Source: a virus. Taken from it: DNA of 64,000 nt. A program made the position numbers and the translations under genes. Each line of letters opens with the position of its first letter. The stretch's first letter is position 1. Under the pieces are notes generated by a model. That model saw only the letters and a program-made list of their open reading frames with translations, was not told the origin of the DNA and did no database searches. This document shows, one piece after another, positions 41,722 through 51,287 of the stretch. Where the stretch lies: positions 72,215 to 136,214 of IMG/VR virus record IMGVR_UViG_3300032116_000031; one strand, given 5' to 3'.

Positions 41722-43700
41722 TTTTGCATGAAAATTTGCTTATTTTCTTGCTTTTGTTTTGATCGCTCGAATACTTCTTCTTCATGTGAATTTTCGAACA
41801 AGCAGTAGTAAACGGATACATCTTCTGTTCTGCCTATCCTCCAACTTCTTGCTTCTGCTTGTTCGTGTTCACCGCTATTCCAATCTGGGCTATTGATAAT
41901 GGCTATATCACCCTTCGTTAAATTGTGACCTGTTCCTAAAGTTTTAATATTACCGATGATAACTTTAACATCATCATCTTTTTGGAATCTATCAATCAAC
42001 TCCTGTTTCTTTTGTTGGGTCATTGTCGCATTAATCCCCACAGCTATTTTACCGAAATGCTTTAGGAACCCCTCATATTCTTCCTTGAAATGGGTGAAGA
42101 TAATCACCTTTAACCCTTCGTCTATTTTATTGTCTACAAAATTCGTGGTATGAGGAATCTTGATTTTTGATAAAAATTCCCTCATTTTTATTGATTGACT
42201 TACGACCATTAAATCCTCCACGTTCACATTTTTAATATTCTTCTCAAGCATATATTCTTTCCATAATTCCCGATATTTTAATTTTTCGTTTGGGGATAAT
42301 TCAAAATATAAAGGGAAAACATATTTTGTTGGGAAAAAGTCCAAAACTTCTGTTTTTTTACGAATTATTTGTGCATGTTTAATTCTTTGATATAGTTCTT
42401 CACTGTTAGTGTTTTCTACCTTTTTATCACCTATTTTTCTACCTAACACTATCACCTTTTTTCTATTATCTTCAAAGCCGCTTCTTAGGAGCGCATCACA
42501 ATCAGATGAAGTTAAATCTGAAACAGACTTGTTTTGATTATTGACGTTAATACTCCATGTTTTACTTCGACCATTTCTAGCACCCTTTTGTTGAATTATA
42601 TTCAGGATTGTTTTAACCCTTGAATGACCTTTAACATTAGACGATAGCAGTTCTAAAATTTCTGCTTTCAAGGCTTTGGTTTTAGCGCTATCCATTACTT
42701 GTTCATAGGCATTACAGTAGGTGAAGGCATATTCTTTATATTTCTCTAAAACATCTTGGAACCAGCCTTCTACTACAATTACATCTGAAATGTTTTTATT
42801 TATTGTCCTACAAATATTATAGAAATCAATATTTCTTTCTATTGGTGTTCCAGATAAACCGATGATTTTTTGAACAGACCTTTGGGATGCCAACATTTTT
42901 ATACAACTAGATTGTATGCTAGTTGGGTTTTTAGCTCTGTGTATTTCATCTAATATAATACAGTCAAAGTTCTGTAAAAGAAGATCATTAGTTGCTTTAT
43001 CTGTATTCTTTGATTTTTTTACAGATATGAAATTTTTTAGGATTTCGTAGTTTATTATTGTGAAGGTGGACGGCGAATTATCCCATACTGATCCTGAAAT
43101 TATTTTCGCTGTTTCATTGTAGGTTTCTATTTCCCTACGCCAATTTAACTTCAAACTGGCCAATGTAATAACCAGTATGTTTTTATAGCCATTATCCAAG
43201 GCTGCAACAATAGATTGACAAGTTTTACCTAAACCCATATCATCCCAATTAAAAGCTGGGTTACGTAACTTCATAAATTTAATCCCTTCAATCTGGTGAG
43301 GAAATAATTTACGATTAGCCTTGTTGTTATTGTCCCATTTTTCAGCGTCGAATGTTACTTGATTAATTTGTTTTTTGAAGGGATTTTCGCAATCATCTTT
43401 ATAAACAAAGAAACTTCTATTCTTATATGCAAAATGATAAATCTCGGATGTTTCACCGTATAGGTAATTAATTTTAATTTCAGTAAACTCACTGTTTGTG
43501 CCGAATTGCTTGTTTAAATATTCCACATTTCGCCGTCCAACATTCAAACTAAGATTACCAAAATCATAACCAGAATACCTGAAATTCATTTTCAAATACT
43601 CATTATCAAATGGAGATAACCTTCCACCACTTTCCATCATCTTTTTCAGATGTTTGATGTAAGGATTGAAACCCCCATAATCCCTTAATAATTCTTCCAT
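41718..43700 (-). CDS. SNF2-family helicase
   Basis: DDMGLGKT, LDEIH, LSGTP, G.G.NLT, QAEAR.WRIG; start reassigned to ATG 43700, downstream of a TATATTTG box at 43743-43750. Confidence 0.9.
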   Translation of the reverse strand: MEELLRDYGGFNPYIKHLKKMMESGGRLSPFDNEYLKMNFRYSGYDFGNLSLNVGRRNVEYLNKQFGTNSEFTEIKINYLYGETSEIYHFAYKNRSFFVYKDDCENPFKKQINQVTFDAEKWDNNNKANRKLFPHQIEGIKFMKLRNPAFNWDDMGLGKTCQSIVAALDNGYKNILVITLASLKLNWRREIETYNETAKIISGSVWDNSPSTFTIINYEILKNFISVKKSKNTDKATNDLLLQNFDCIILDEIHRAKNPTSIQSSCIKMLASQRSVQKIIGLSGTPIERNIDFYNICRTINKNISDVIVVEGWFQDVLEKYKEYAFTYCNAYEQVMDSAKTKALKAEILELLSSNVKGHSRVKTILNIIQQKGARNGRSKTWSINVNNQNKSVSDLTSSDCDALLRSGFEDNRKKVIVLGRKIGDKKVENTNSEELYQRIKHAQIIRKKTEVLDFFPTKYVFPLYFELSPNEKLKYRELWKEYMLEKNIKNVNVEDLMVVSQSIKMREFLSKIKIPHTTNFVDNKIDEGLKVIIFTHFKEEYEGFLKHFGKIAVGINATMTQQKKQELIDRFQKDDDVKVIIGNIKTLGTGHNLTKGDIAIINSPDWNSGEHEQAEARSWRIGRTEDVSVYYCLFENSHEEEVFERSKQKQENKQIFMQN

Positions 43701-43770
43701 AACTTTTATTTTAAATTTTAGTGTTTTGATATTTATAAAGGACAAATATAATTCCGTAAAATTATGAAAT

Positions 43771-44997
43771 TTAATGAATCTCAATAACTTTACATTCTTT
43801 TCCAATTTCTTTCCCTTTTTTCAGGGATTTCCCAGAGCCTATTGGCTTACTGTCCATTGGCGTTGATTCGGGCGAACTCAACCCTATTTTTAATTTTAAA
43901 CCTTCTTTTAGAATATTGTTTGCTGCATTAATATCTCGATCATGTTCAGAACCACAACTTAGACATGTCCAAAAACGATCATTTAATTTCAAATCATCAT
44001 TTTTTGCACCGCAACAGCCGCATTGTTTGCTTGAAGGAAAGAATCGGTTTATTTCAATCACTTCTTTATTATTCCAAATTGCTTTGTATTGAAGTATCGA
44101 TTTAAACCTATACCAACTAACGTCTTGTATTGATGCAGCTAATTTATGGTTTTTCATCATTCCCTTAACGTTGAGGTTTTCAATTACAATAATTTGGTTT
44201 TCATTAAGCAACTGATTTACAACGCTATGCAAATAATATTCTTTTTTATTAGTTATTTTTTCAAAATGTTTTGCCAGCTTTACTCTTGCCTTTTCGCGGC
44301 CTTTAGAACCTTTTTTCGTTCTACTTAGCCACCGTTGCAAACGAGCTGTCTTATTCTTATTTTTTTTATTCAGTTTTAAATTATCAAACTTTTGGCCATC
44401 AGATGTTATGACAAAATCTTTTATCCCCAGATCAATCCCAATAGCGCTATCCGTTTCAGGGAATGATTTGATAAGTTCGGTGTCAATCAAAACAGAGATA
44501 AAATATTTACCCGTTCTTGTTTTGGATAAGGTTAATGATTTAACATTGTTTTGATTCTCGTTTAAGATCCTTTCATCCCTTACAGAGCATTTAAAATGAA
44601 TATCTTTCAAGACCTTTATCAAAGATATCCTGTTACCTTTAATGCCCATAAAAGCATCATTAGGGAACCTACAAGAGCTTTTAGTATCCCTTTTTGATTT
44701 GAATTTGGGTTTATCCGATATCTTTTTGAAAAAGTTATTAAAGGCTTTATCCAAATCAATAGCACTTTGTTGAAGAACCTTTGAATGAACCTCTTTCAAA
44801 AAAGGAAAATCAGATTTTAAAGAGGTTAGATACTTACCAGCTTCCGCAAAAGAAATCGATTTTTTTGAGCTTTCATAACTTTCATTTTTGTAATGTAGCA
44901 ATTTGTTATAAACAAAACGACAAGACCCCAACAGGTTTGCAATATAGTGCTCCTGTTCATTATTTGGGTAAATTCTTATCTTAATTGCTTTTAACAT
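43771..44997 (-). mobile_element. tnpB: Stand-alone TnpB RNA-guided endonuclease (IS200/IS605-family derived)
   Basis: KAIKIRIYP HTH, RuvC GIDLG / VIENL / DRDINAA, zinc finger CGCC...CLSC; no tnpA nearby. Confidence 0.93.
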
Positions 44998-45076
44998 AAA
45001 ATTAATTTTATTATTAATTAATTGCCATTCTCGTTTTTGTTTAAAAAACAAAAAATCAATGAAATTAACGAGATGA

Positions 45077-46165
45077 TTACTTGTTAAATCTATCGAATGT
45101 GTTTTTTGATATATGGTCCACTGTTGCAGTTTTTTTGAATTCTGCTATTGTTTTACAACCTGAATAAGACATAGCTGATTTCAAATAGTCTTGAAAATTT
45201 TCAATCCAACCAGCCAAGGTATATTCAACATAATTAATCTTTTCGATACCTTCTGATGATCTGAATTCAGTTTTACCCCAATCCTTTTGGACTGATTTTG
45301 TAGACATGCCTCTGAACGTAGAGGTTATCATTCTATATTTAATTAGTGAGCTAACATCTGTATCTAATATAAATTCATAAGATGTATTAGTTAAATCGGA
45401 TGTAAATTCCAAAGTACCGTCTTCTTTCACCCTAAGAATATCAGTTACCTTACTTTGATCCTCATCATCATACATAACGATGCTTTTTTGGGAGCAAGAT
45501 TCTAAAGTTTTGTTGAGTATACCCCCTAACATTACATAATCTGCTCCGAGGGCTAGTGCTAATATAACGTCCCTATATGTTCTAAATCCTCCGTCTGCAA
45601 CGATTTGGGTGTTTATATGGGGTTTAACCATTTTTAAAGCACTCAAAGAGCTTTTGCAATCTGCTATAAGAGTTGCCATACCTTGACCAACAGCAGTATG
45701 AACACTCGTAAGACATCCAGATCCAGATCCAACTCCTGCTCTGATATAATCACAACCAGTGCTAGCTAATGCTACAAATGCTTCTTTAGAAGCGATATTC
45801 CCTGACATTATGATTACATTTGGGTATTTTGATTTTGCATTACGGATAGCGTTATGTAGTGCAGGCATATTACCGTTTGCAACATCAATACAAATTTTTT
45901 TGTGGTTCAAATCAATTGATTTGATCATTTCTTCGAATTCTACTAATCCAACAGAAATGAAATCTTCTTCATTAACTTCTACACCAGCATTTCTGGGAAA
46001 ACATAAATTAATTCCCGCATTTTTAAAAACTTGTGCGTTGTCTTTTGACAGGACAGTGTCCATAGGGGCATTAAAAATTGGAAAGTATTCCAAATTAACT
46101 TCTGAACGACTGTTCAAACCGACTGGTTTTTGAACCAGTACCAAATCATTAAAATCTAATTGCAT
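45077..46165 (-). CDS. guaC: GMP reductase / IMP dehydrogenase family, GuaC-like, no CBS domain
   Basis: APMDTV, CIDVANG, GVGSGSGCLT, IVADGG, FRGMS, SEG, SAMSY; start moved to ATG 46165 below a TACCTTTG box (46183-46190). Confidence 0.8.
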   Translation of the reverse strand: MQLDFNDLVLVQKPVGLNSRSEVNLEYFPIFNAPMDTVLSKDNAQVFKNAGINLCFPRNAGVEVNEEDFISVGLVEFEEMIKSIDLNHKKICIDVANGNMPALHNAIRNAKSKYPNVIIMSGNIASKEAFVALASTGCDYIRAGVGSGSGCLTSVHTAVGQGMATLIADCKSSLSALKMVKPHINTQIVADGGFRTYRDVILALALGADYVMLGGILNKTLESCSQKSIVMYDDEDQSKVTDILRVKEDGTLEFTSDLTNTSYEFILDTDVSSLIKYRMITSTFRGMSTKSVQKDWGKTEFRSSEGIEKINYVEYTLAGWIENFQDYLKSAMSYSGCKTIAEFKKTATVDHISKNTFDRFNK

Positions 46166-46223
46166 ATTATTGTTATTTTCCACAAAGGTAATGAAAAAAA
46201 CAATATGGTTAAAATTTTTTTAA

Positions 46224-46748
46224 TTAAAATTCAAACTTTAATTCATTTTTATCAACTGGAGTACAAATTAGTGTTTTAAAGTGTGATTTAAAACCTCCCC
46301 AGCTTCTAACGTTTTCATAAGTTTTAATTGAATCGTCTGCTATTTGATACACCAAAGGGAACGGCGCTTTTAACCCATCATCTATCATATATACAATATA
46401 GTCACCGTATTTAGGTATAGCATTTTTAAATTTGAGTTCTGGTATTAAAACGTGTATTAATAGATTACCTAATTCTTTTAATCTAAAACTGTTGTCATCG
46501 TTGTAGGATTGATTCTTAGGCTCTACTACATCTACCATTGCATATAGTTCAATTGGATCATTTAAGTAAACTTCATTAGATTCATTTTCGTGGTATAAAG
46601 AATCTCTGTTATTATTATTAAAATCAACTGTATATAGATACACTTTTTGATTAATATCTGATAAATATTCATAAGCCATTCTGACTTCTAAATCATATTC
46701 GTTTTCATCAAAAAATTTATCTATCCTATTGTTTGTAATTTGGTCCAT
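46224..46748 (-). CDS. Head closure / neck protein, gp14-like
   Basis: KFF...YDLE..M..EY...NQKV.LY.VD...LY.E pattern. Confidence 0.5.
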   Translation of the reverse strand: MDQITNNRIDKFFDENEYDLEVRMAYEYLSDINQKVYLYTVDFNNNNRDSLYHENESNEVYLNDPIELYAMVDVVEPKNQSYNDDNSFRLKELGNLLIHVLIPELKFKNAIPKYGDYIVYMIDDGLKAPFPLVYQIADDSIKTYENVRSWGGFKSHFKTLICTPVDKNELKFEF

Positions 46749-46832
46749 TTATTTTATTCTGGGTCTTTTTTTATTTTTTGAATTTCGATTAATGGTAACT
46801 CTTTTGCTAAAATGATAGCTTTCTTTTTCATA

Positions 46833-47243
46833 TTAATAAAGCAATTGTTTAAGTTTAATATTAATCAACTTTAAATTGTCAATCTCCTCCTTTAGATAAT
46901 CAACTCTATTAGCTAGCAATTTTAATAGACCATCATCATCATATTTAAAGCTCCTTTGTTCATATTCTGTCAAAGGCCCTCCTATAATTAAAGATTCAAA
47001 ATGTAATAAAGAACTGTTGTTTTCACGTATATCAGAAATACAATCATCTAATTTATTAACGATATACGTGAAACTCAACTGTTCTTGACTTTCGTTATTT
47101 TGTGCTATTGTTTCTTTTTCCATGTTTACTTCTAATCTATCAATGTAATTTGTTTCAGAGCTTTGATAAAAGGAATCAGAAAATAAACTGTCTAAGTTTC
47201 TTCTAGCTAATTCGGAATCAAATTTATGTTTATTCTTACTCAT
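46833..47243 (-). CDS. Hypothetical protein, possibly on a leaderless transcript
   Basis: TATATTTG box at 47249-47256 only 5 nt upstream of the ATG. Confidence 0.55.
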   Translation of the reverse strand: MSKNKHKFDSELARRNLDSLFSDSFYQSSETNYIDRLEVNMEKETIAQNNESQEQLSFTYIVNKLDDCISDIRENNSSLLHFESLIIGGPLTEYEQRSFKYDDDGLLKLLANRVDYLKEEIDNLKLINIKLKQLLY

Positions 47244-47273
47244 ATAATCAAATATAAGTAAAAATAAAGAAAA

Positions 47274-48086
47274 TTAAAGCAAAAATTCTTTGTAAGTATT
47301 TTTCTCTTTATGTCCGTTCACCACTTGGAAATTAGGTGTTTGTGGATAACCTGCCTTAGAAACTTGTTCGTGGATTCTTTTAAACATCTGATAGTAATTC
47401 AAAGCTTTATTAGAATCATTAGCTAAAACTTTTTCTAGGCTAGCTGTGAAGAGGCCCATAGGTCTTTTATCTATAAAAGATTTTAGGTCATAAGAAACTT
47501 GGAATTCAGTAGAAGAAGAATAAGCTATAATATTACAAGCTAAATCACTTTCTTCAATTAGATTTGTTGGTAATTCCAATTCCTTTTTTAGACCTGCAAC
47601 TTTAAGAATATCAGAGAAATCCAGTGATCTAACTTGTGCATCATCATTTTCGCCGTCCAAATCAATCGACTTAAAATTATCTCTTGCATGACAGCAATCT
47701 GATACCCATACAATATTAACACCTTCTTTAAACTTCTTTAAAAATTCCTTGGTTTCATAATCCCAAACTATTCTATCATATAGGCATAAAGCAGTTCTTC
47801 TTTTTTCTTTACCTCCACCTTCATAGTCTTCGTAAGTACCATGACAAGAGATATTAAAAAAGAAAGTGTCACCAGCTTCCAATTCTTCTGAAAGTTTGTT
47901 TAAAAAATCGACATATACTTGGTAAGTAGCTTTCTCGGATAAGAAAACATTAGTTTCAAATCCTTTTTCTTTTGCTAAGCTTTCCATAAAAATAATGTCG
48001 TTTTCACAACCTCTCAAATCATTACCTGAACCGTAATAATTTGGATCAAATTTGTTAATACCAAAATGCAATGATACTTTTTTCAT
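47274..48086 (-). CDS. Caspase-like (peptidase C14, metacaspase/orthocaspase) protease
   Basis: GIN......L.GCEND, SCHG (His), SDCCH (Cys), G.FT..L, QTP motifs. Confidence 0.85.
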   Translation of the reverse strand: MKKVSLHFGINKFDPNYYGSGNDLRGCENDIIFMESLAKEKGFETNVFLSEKATYQVYVDFLNKLSEELEAGDTFFFNISCHGTYEDYEGGGKEKRRTALCLYDRIVWDYETKEFLKKFKEGVNIVWVSDCCHARDNFKSIDLDGENDDAQVRSLDFSDILKVAGLKKELELPTNLIEESDLACNIIAYSSSTEFQVSYDLKSFIDKRPMGLFTASLEKVLANDSNKALNYYQMFKRIHEQVSKAGYPQTPNFQVVNGHKEKNTYKEFLL

Positions 48087-48121
48087 ATTTTGTTTTTTTA
48101 TATAAATATATTTTTTTGTAA

Positions 48122-49213
48122 TTAATAGAGTAAATTTTCGGCTAATTGAATAATTAAATCTGTAACTTGGTCTACTTTATTGGAATCTTTATCACAGGCG
48201 TTATAAATCATATCGCGTTCATTTTTAGCGATATTTTTATAATTAACCGTTGCACTTTTAGGTTTTGCGATTTCGCCGTCCACCTCCCAATACTGATCCA
48301 TAACAAAATCAGAAACCAATAAAAGCCCATCATTATTATAAACAAAACTTTCCACGAACTTATTTAATAAATTCTTATAAGTACCAGATTTAGAATAATA
48401 ATTCTCAATGAAATAATCAAGATCATCTCTATCAGATTCAGCTATTTTAACATAACCAAAAATACCTTTCAGTAAATGTGTATCGTACCTATCATCATCT
48501 TGGAGCAATATTGGAATTATTTTTCTGTTATAAACTAAAAAATCAGAATCTCCAACCATCATAACAAAAACGTCATTCTTGTTATTAAAATCCAAATCAA
48601 CTGATGCCTTCTCTCCCTTTTTAGGCTCTTCTTTCAATTGAGCTAAAATCTCATTTACCTTCTCTTTTGAAATAACCCCCTTTCTAACTAAATCACTGTA
48701 TAGACCCTTAGCTAAAAAGTCTTTTACAGTACTTAGATAATAATCCTTGGTTAATTTATACCCAGCAGGAGAAAAGCCACCAGAATCACTATCAGGATTC
48801 CTCTTCAAATATTCTCTCAAAACAATCTTACCGAATCCCCAACCCTTATATTCATTTACAGTAGTAACCAACACTGATCCTAAAAAATCCATAGCAACTG
48901 ATACCCTCACATCATCTTCATCAAAGATACCAATATTGCCTTTATCAGACATTTTAACTTTAAAGTCAGCATTGTTGACTTTAATATTATTTATCAGCTT
49001 TGGATATGCCTTGTATCCAATATTAGGATTTTCTTTATAACTTAATTCTTCAGCGTAGGAAGAGTTATAAAGTTCTGGGGAATGTGACTTACCGCTTTTA
49101 TTAATATATTTATCACGATATTCCTCCCAAGTCATTAAAGCAGGTTCAACAGATTTGTTTTCAAATTCGTTAGTTGCTTCATTGATTGTTGCTTCACTGA
49201 TAATAATTTTCAT
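48122..49213 (-). CDS. Hypothetical protein with a GNAT acetyltransferase-like motif
   Basis: VNEYKGWGFGK resembles acetyl-CoA-binding motif A, followed by FSPAG. Confidence 0.5.
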   Translation of the reverse strand: MKIIISEATINEATNEFENKSVEPALMTWEEYRDKYINKSGKSHSPELYNSSYAEELSYKENPNIGYKAYPKLINNIKVNNADFKVKMSDKGNIGIFDEDDVRVSVAMDFLGSVLVTTVNEYKGWGFGKIVLREYLKRNPDSDSGGFSPAGYKLTKDYYLSTVKDFLAKGLYSDLVRKGVISKEKVNEILAQLKEEPKKGEKASVDLDFNNKNDVFVMMVGDSDFLVYNRKIIPILLQDDDRYDTHLLKGIFGYVKIAESDRDDLDYFIENYYSKSGTYKNLLNKFVESFVYNNDGLLLVSDFVMDQYWEVDGEIAKPKSATVNYKNIAKNERDMIYNACDKDSNKVDQVTDLIIQLAENLLY

Positions 49214-49215
49214 AA

Positions 49216-50379
49216 TTATTTAATTAATTTTAAAAAGTTTTCTGTTTCTAATTGGTTGATTTTCTCACCTAATTCTTTACCTTTGACGTTATATTCTTTA
49301 GCAACATCATCTCCACTTAAAGATAGTTGAAATTTTATAAAAGCGTCGGAGAAGCTTTCATTAAATCCTAAAATTTCATTTAAGAAATATCTCAAATCAT
49401 TATCAGAAATAATCACCTTAGAGATTTTTCTTTTTAAGATTGGGGCATTTTCAGCACTTAAATTCTTCAAGGAAATTAAAGTAGATATATTATAGGCTTC
49501 TTTACTTGTGTATTTATAATTGTTTAATTTAGAGCTTACCAATTCAGGACTGTTGTTTAACAATAAGGTAGCTATTATTATTTCAGGGTTTTTATATTCA
49601 ATAAAATCGTAATTGACTTTCAAATCAGGGAATATTTGAGGGAATAAATCCAAGTCTTTTATCATGTTTAAATAAAACACTGTGGATTTAGCTTTACTTA
49701 AGCCCTTTAAAAATTCATCTCTAATTCTTTCAAATGATACTCCTTTTAGAGAGTTGTTGGATTGGACGGCGGATTTAATATCTGGGTTCAAATCAGAATT
49801 AGTTATTGCCGCAAATCTTATAGCTCTCAATATTCTAATTCTATCTTCATTGAATCTATCCTCTGCATTGCCCACAGTTCTTATCTGACCGCTTTTTATG
49901 TCATCAACGCCTCCAACTAAGTCAATTACTTTATCCTTCGTTATATCGTAATATAGAGCGTTTATAGTTAAATCACGTCTTTTAACGTCTGAATCAATAT
50001 TCGCAAATTTAATAGATTCTGGTCTTCTACCATCTTTATATTCACCATCTTCTCTGAAGGTAGCTATTTCATATTCTTCACCGTTTATGATAACAGAAAT
50101 TACGCCAAAAGATTTGCCCTTTGGAATTATGGTATCATAACCTTCTTTTTCCAATATTTCAATTACTCTATCTGGGTTAGCATCAGTAGCTAAATCGTAA
50201 TCTTTTGGTTCTTTACCGTAAAATAAGTCCCTGACAGCTCCACCCACAATGAATAAATCGTGCCCATTTCTATTAAATTGTTTTGCTAAAACTTTAATGT
50301 CACTTGGAACATTCATTTTTAAGTTTTCAGATTCTTCGTTTAGTCTTCTAATTATAGACTCATTTATTAAAATTTTCAT
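49216..50379 (-). CDS. cca: CCA-adding tRNA nucleotidyltransferase / poly(A) polymerase family
   Basis: VGGAVRD, DYDLAT, RRDLTINAL, EDRIRILRAIRF, ERI..E motifs. Confidence 0.88.
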   Translation of the reverse strand: MKILINESIIRRLNEESENLKMNVPSDIKVLAKQFNRNGHDLFIVGGAVRDLFYGKEPKDYDLATDANPDRVIEILEKEGYDTIIPKGKSFGVISVIINGEEYEIATFREDGEYKDGRRPESIKFANIDSDVKRRDLTINALYYDITKDKVIDLVGGVDDIKSGQIRTVGNAEDRFNEDRIRILRAIRFAAITNSDLNPDIKSAVQSNNSLKGVSFERIRDEFLKGLSKAKSTVFYLNMIKDLDLFPQIFPDLKVNYDFIEYKNPEIIIATLLLNNSPELVSSKLNNYKYTSKEAYNISTLISLKNLSAENAPILKRKISKVIISDNDLRYFLNEILGFNESFSDAFIKFQLSLSGDDVAKEYNVKGKELGEKINQLETENFLKLIK

Positions 50380-50450
50380 ATTTTAACCTTTATTGTTTAC
50401 AATAAATATGTAATTTTGATATATTTATAATAAAATATTATATATAAACT

Positions 50451-51254
50451 ATGAAAATGACCGTTAAAGAATTCAAAGAATTAATGTCAACTGACGATAA
50501 TGAATTATTAGATGAAGGATTATTAGATTTCTTCAGAAAGAAAAAACCAGCTGAAGCAGAACAAGAACCATCAGGAGAGGAACCATCAAACAATACATCG
50601 CAACAAACGATTGCTATGTTAGAAGATTTCAGGGATTTATACGATGATATGAAATCTTTTGCAGCAATTGTAAAAATCAATAGAGATGAAGTATATGATC
50701 TATCAGTTATTGAAACTAAATTAGATTTAATTGATGATATTAAAGCTAATAGAGGGATGAGCGAAAGCGAGAAACAAAACAGAATTAAGAAACATGTTGA
50801 CATGTTGAGAAATAAACTTATCCCTGAATTGTTGCAATCATTAGCTAATAACTACGGAAAATCAGGAACGTTTAAAAAATCATTTGATGATAGAATATTA
50901 ATGTTGTATGGTATTAAAATACCAGAGGTAAAGATGACTTCCACTAAATACCCATTAAGTTCGTTACCAGAAATAGTTGATTCAATGATTGAATTTGCTT
51001 CATCAAAAGGGTATAAAAAGACATATATGAATAAATTAAACTTGTTAAAGAGAAGAGCTATACATCTTAGTTCACTTGAAAAACAAGGCCCTGAAGCGTT
51101 AAGCCAAAATGCCGATGTAGTTGAAAATTTAGTTACAATACTAAAAAATACATTAAGAGCATGGAGAAGAAAATTTGATGAAACTATTTACAATGAGTTA
51201 CCTTACAACGTTAAAAAGTTTGCATTAAACGAAAATAAAAAGAGAAGAGGATAA
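50451..51254 (+). CDS. Hypothetical protein
   Basis: 267 aa; TATTTAT upstream; N-terminus MKMTVKEFKE...LLDEGL. Confidence 0.6.
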   Translation: MKMTVKEFKELMSTDDNELLDEGLLDFFRKKKPAEAEQEPSGEEPSNNTSQQTIAMLEDFRDLYDDMKSFAAIVKINRDEVYDLSVIETKLDLIDDIKANRGMSESEKQNRIKKHVDMLRNKLIPELLQSLANNYGKSGTFKKSFDDRILMLYGIKIPEVKMTSTKYPLSSLPEIVDSMIEFASSKGYKKTYMNKLNLLKRRAIHLSSLEKQGPEALSQNADVVENLVTILKNTLRAWRRKFDETIYNELPYNVKKFALNENKKRRG

Positions 51255-51255
51255 C

Positions 51256-51287
51256 AAAAAAGGGGACCAAATGGGTCCCCTTTTTTT
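51256..51287. terminator. Bidirectional terminator
   Basis: A6-GGGGACC-aaatg-GGTCCCC-T7 between convergent genes. Confidence 0.85.

Noticed and set aside
43701-43805. ORF-track N-terminal extension of the SNF2 helicase overlapping tnpB
   Set aside because: A TAnnTTTG promoter box lies inside the extension, so ATG 43700 is the more likely start; similar over-extensions were trimmed for guaC, the protease, gp25 and the zinc-repeat endonuclease.
46754-46831. 25 aa ORF MKKKAIILAKELPLIEIQKIKKDPE filling a gap between genes
   Set aside because: Plausible by position but too short to support without homologues or expression data.
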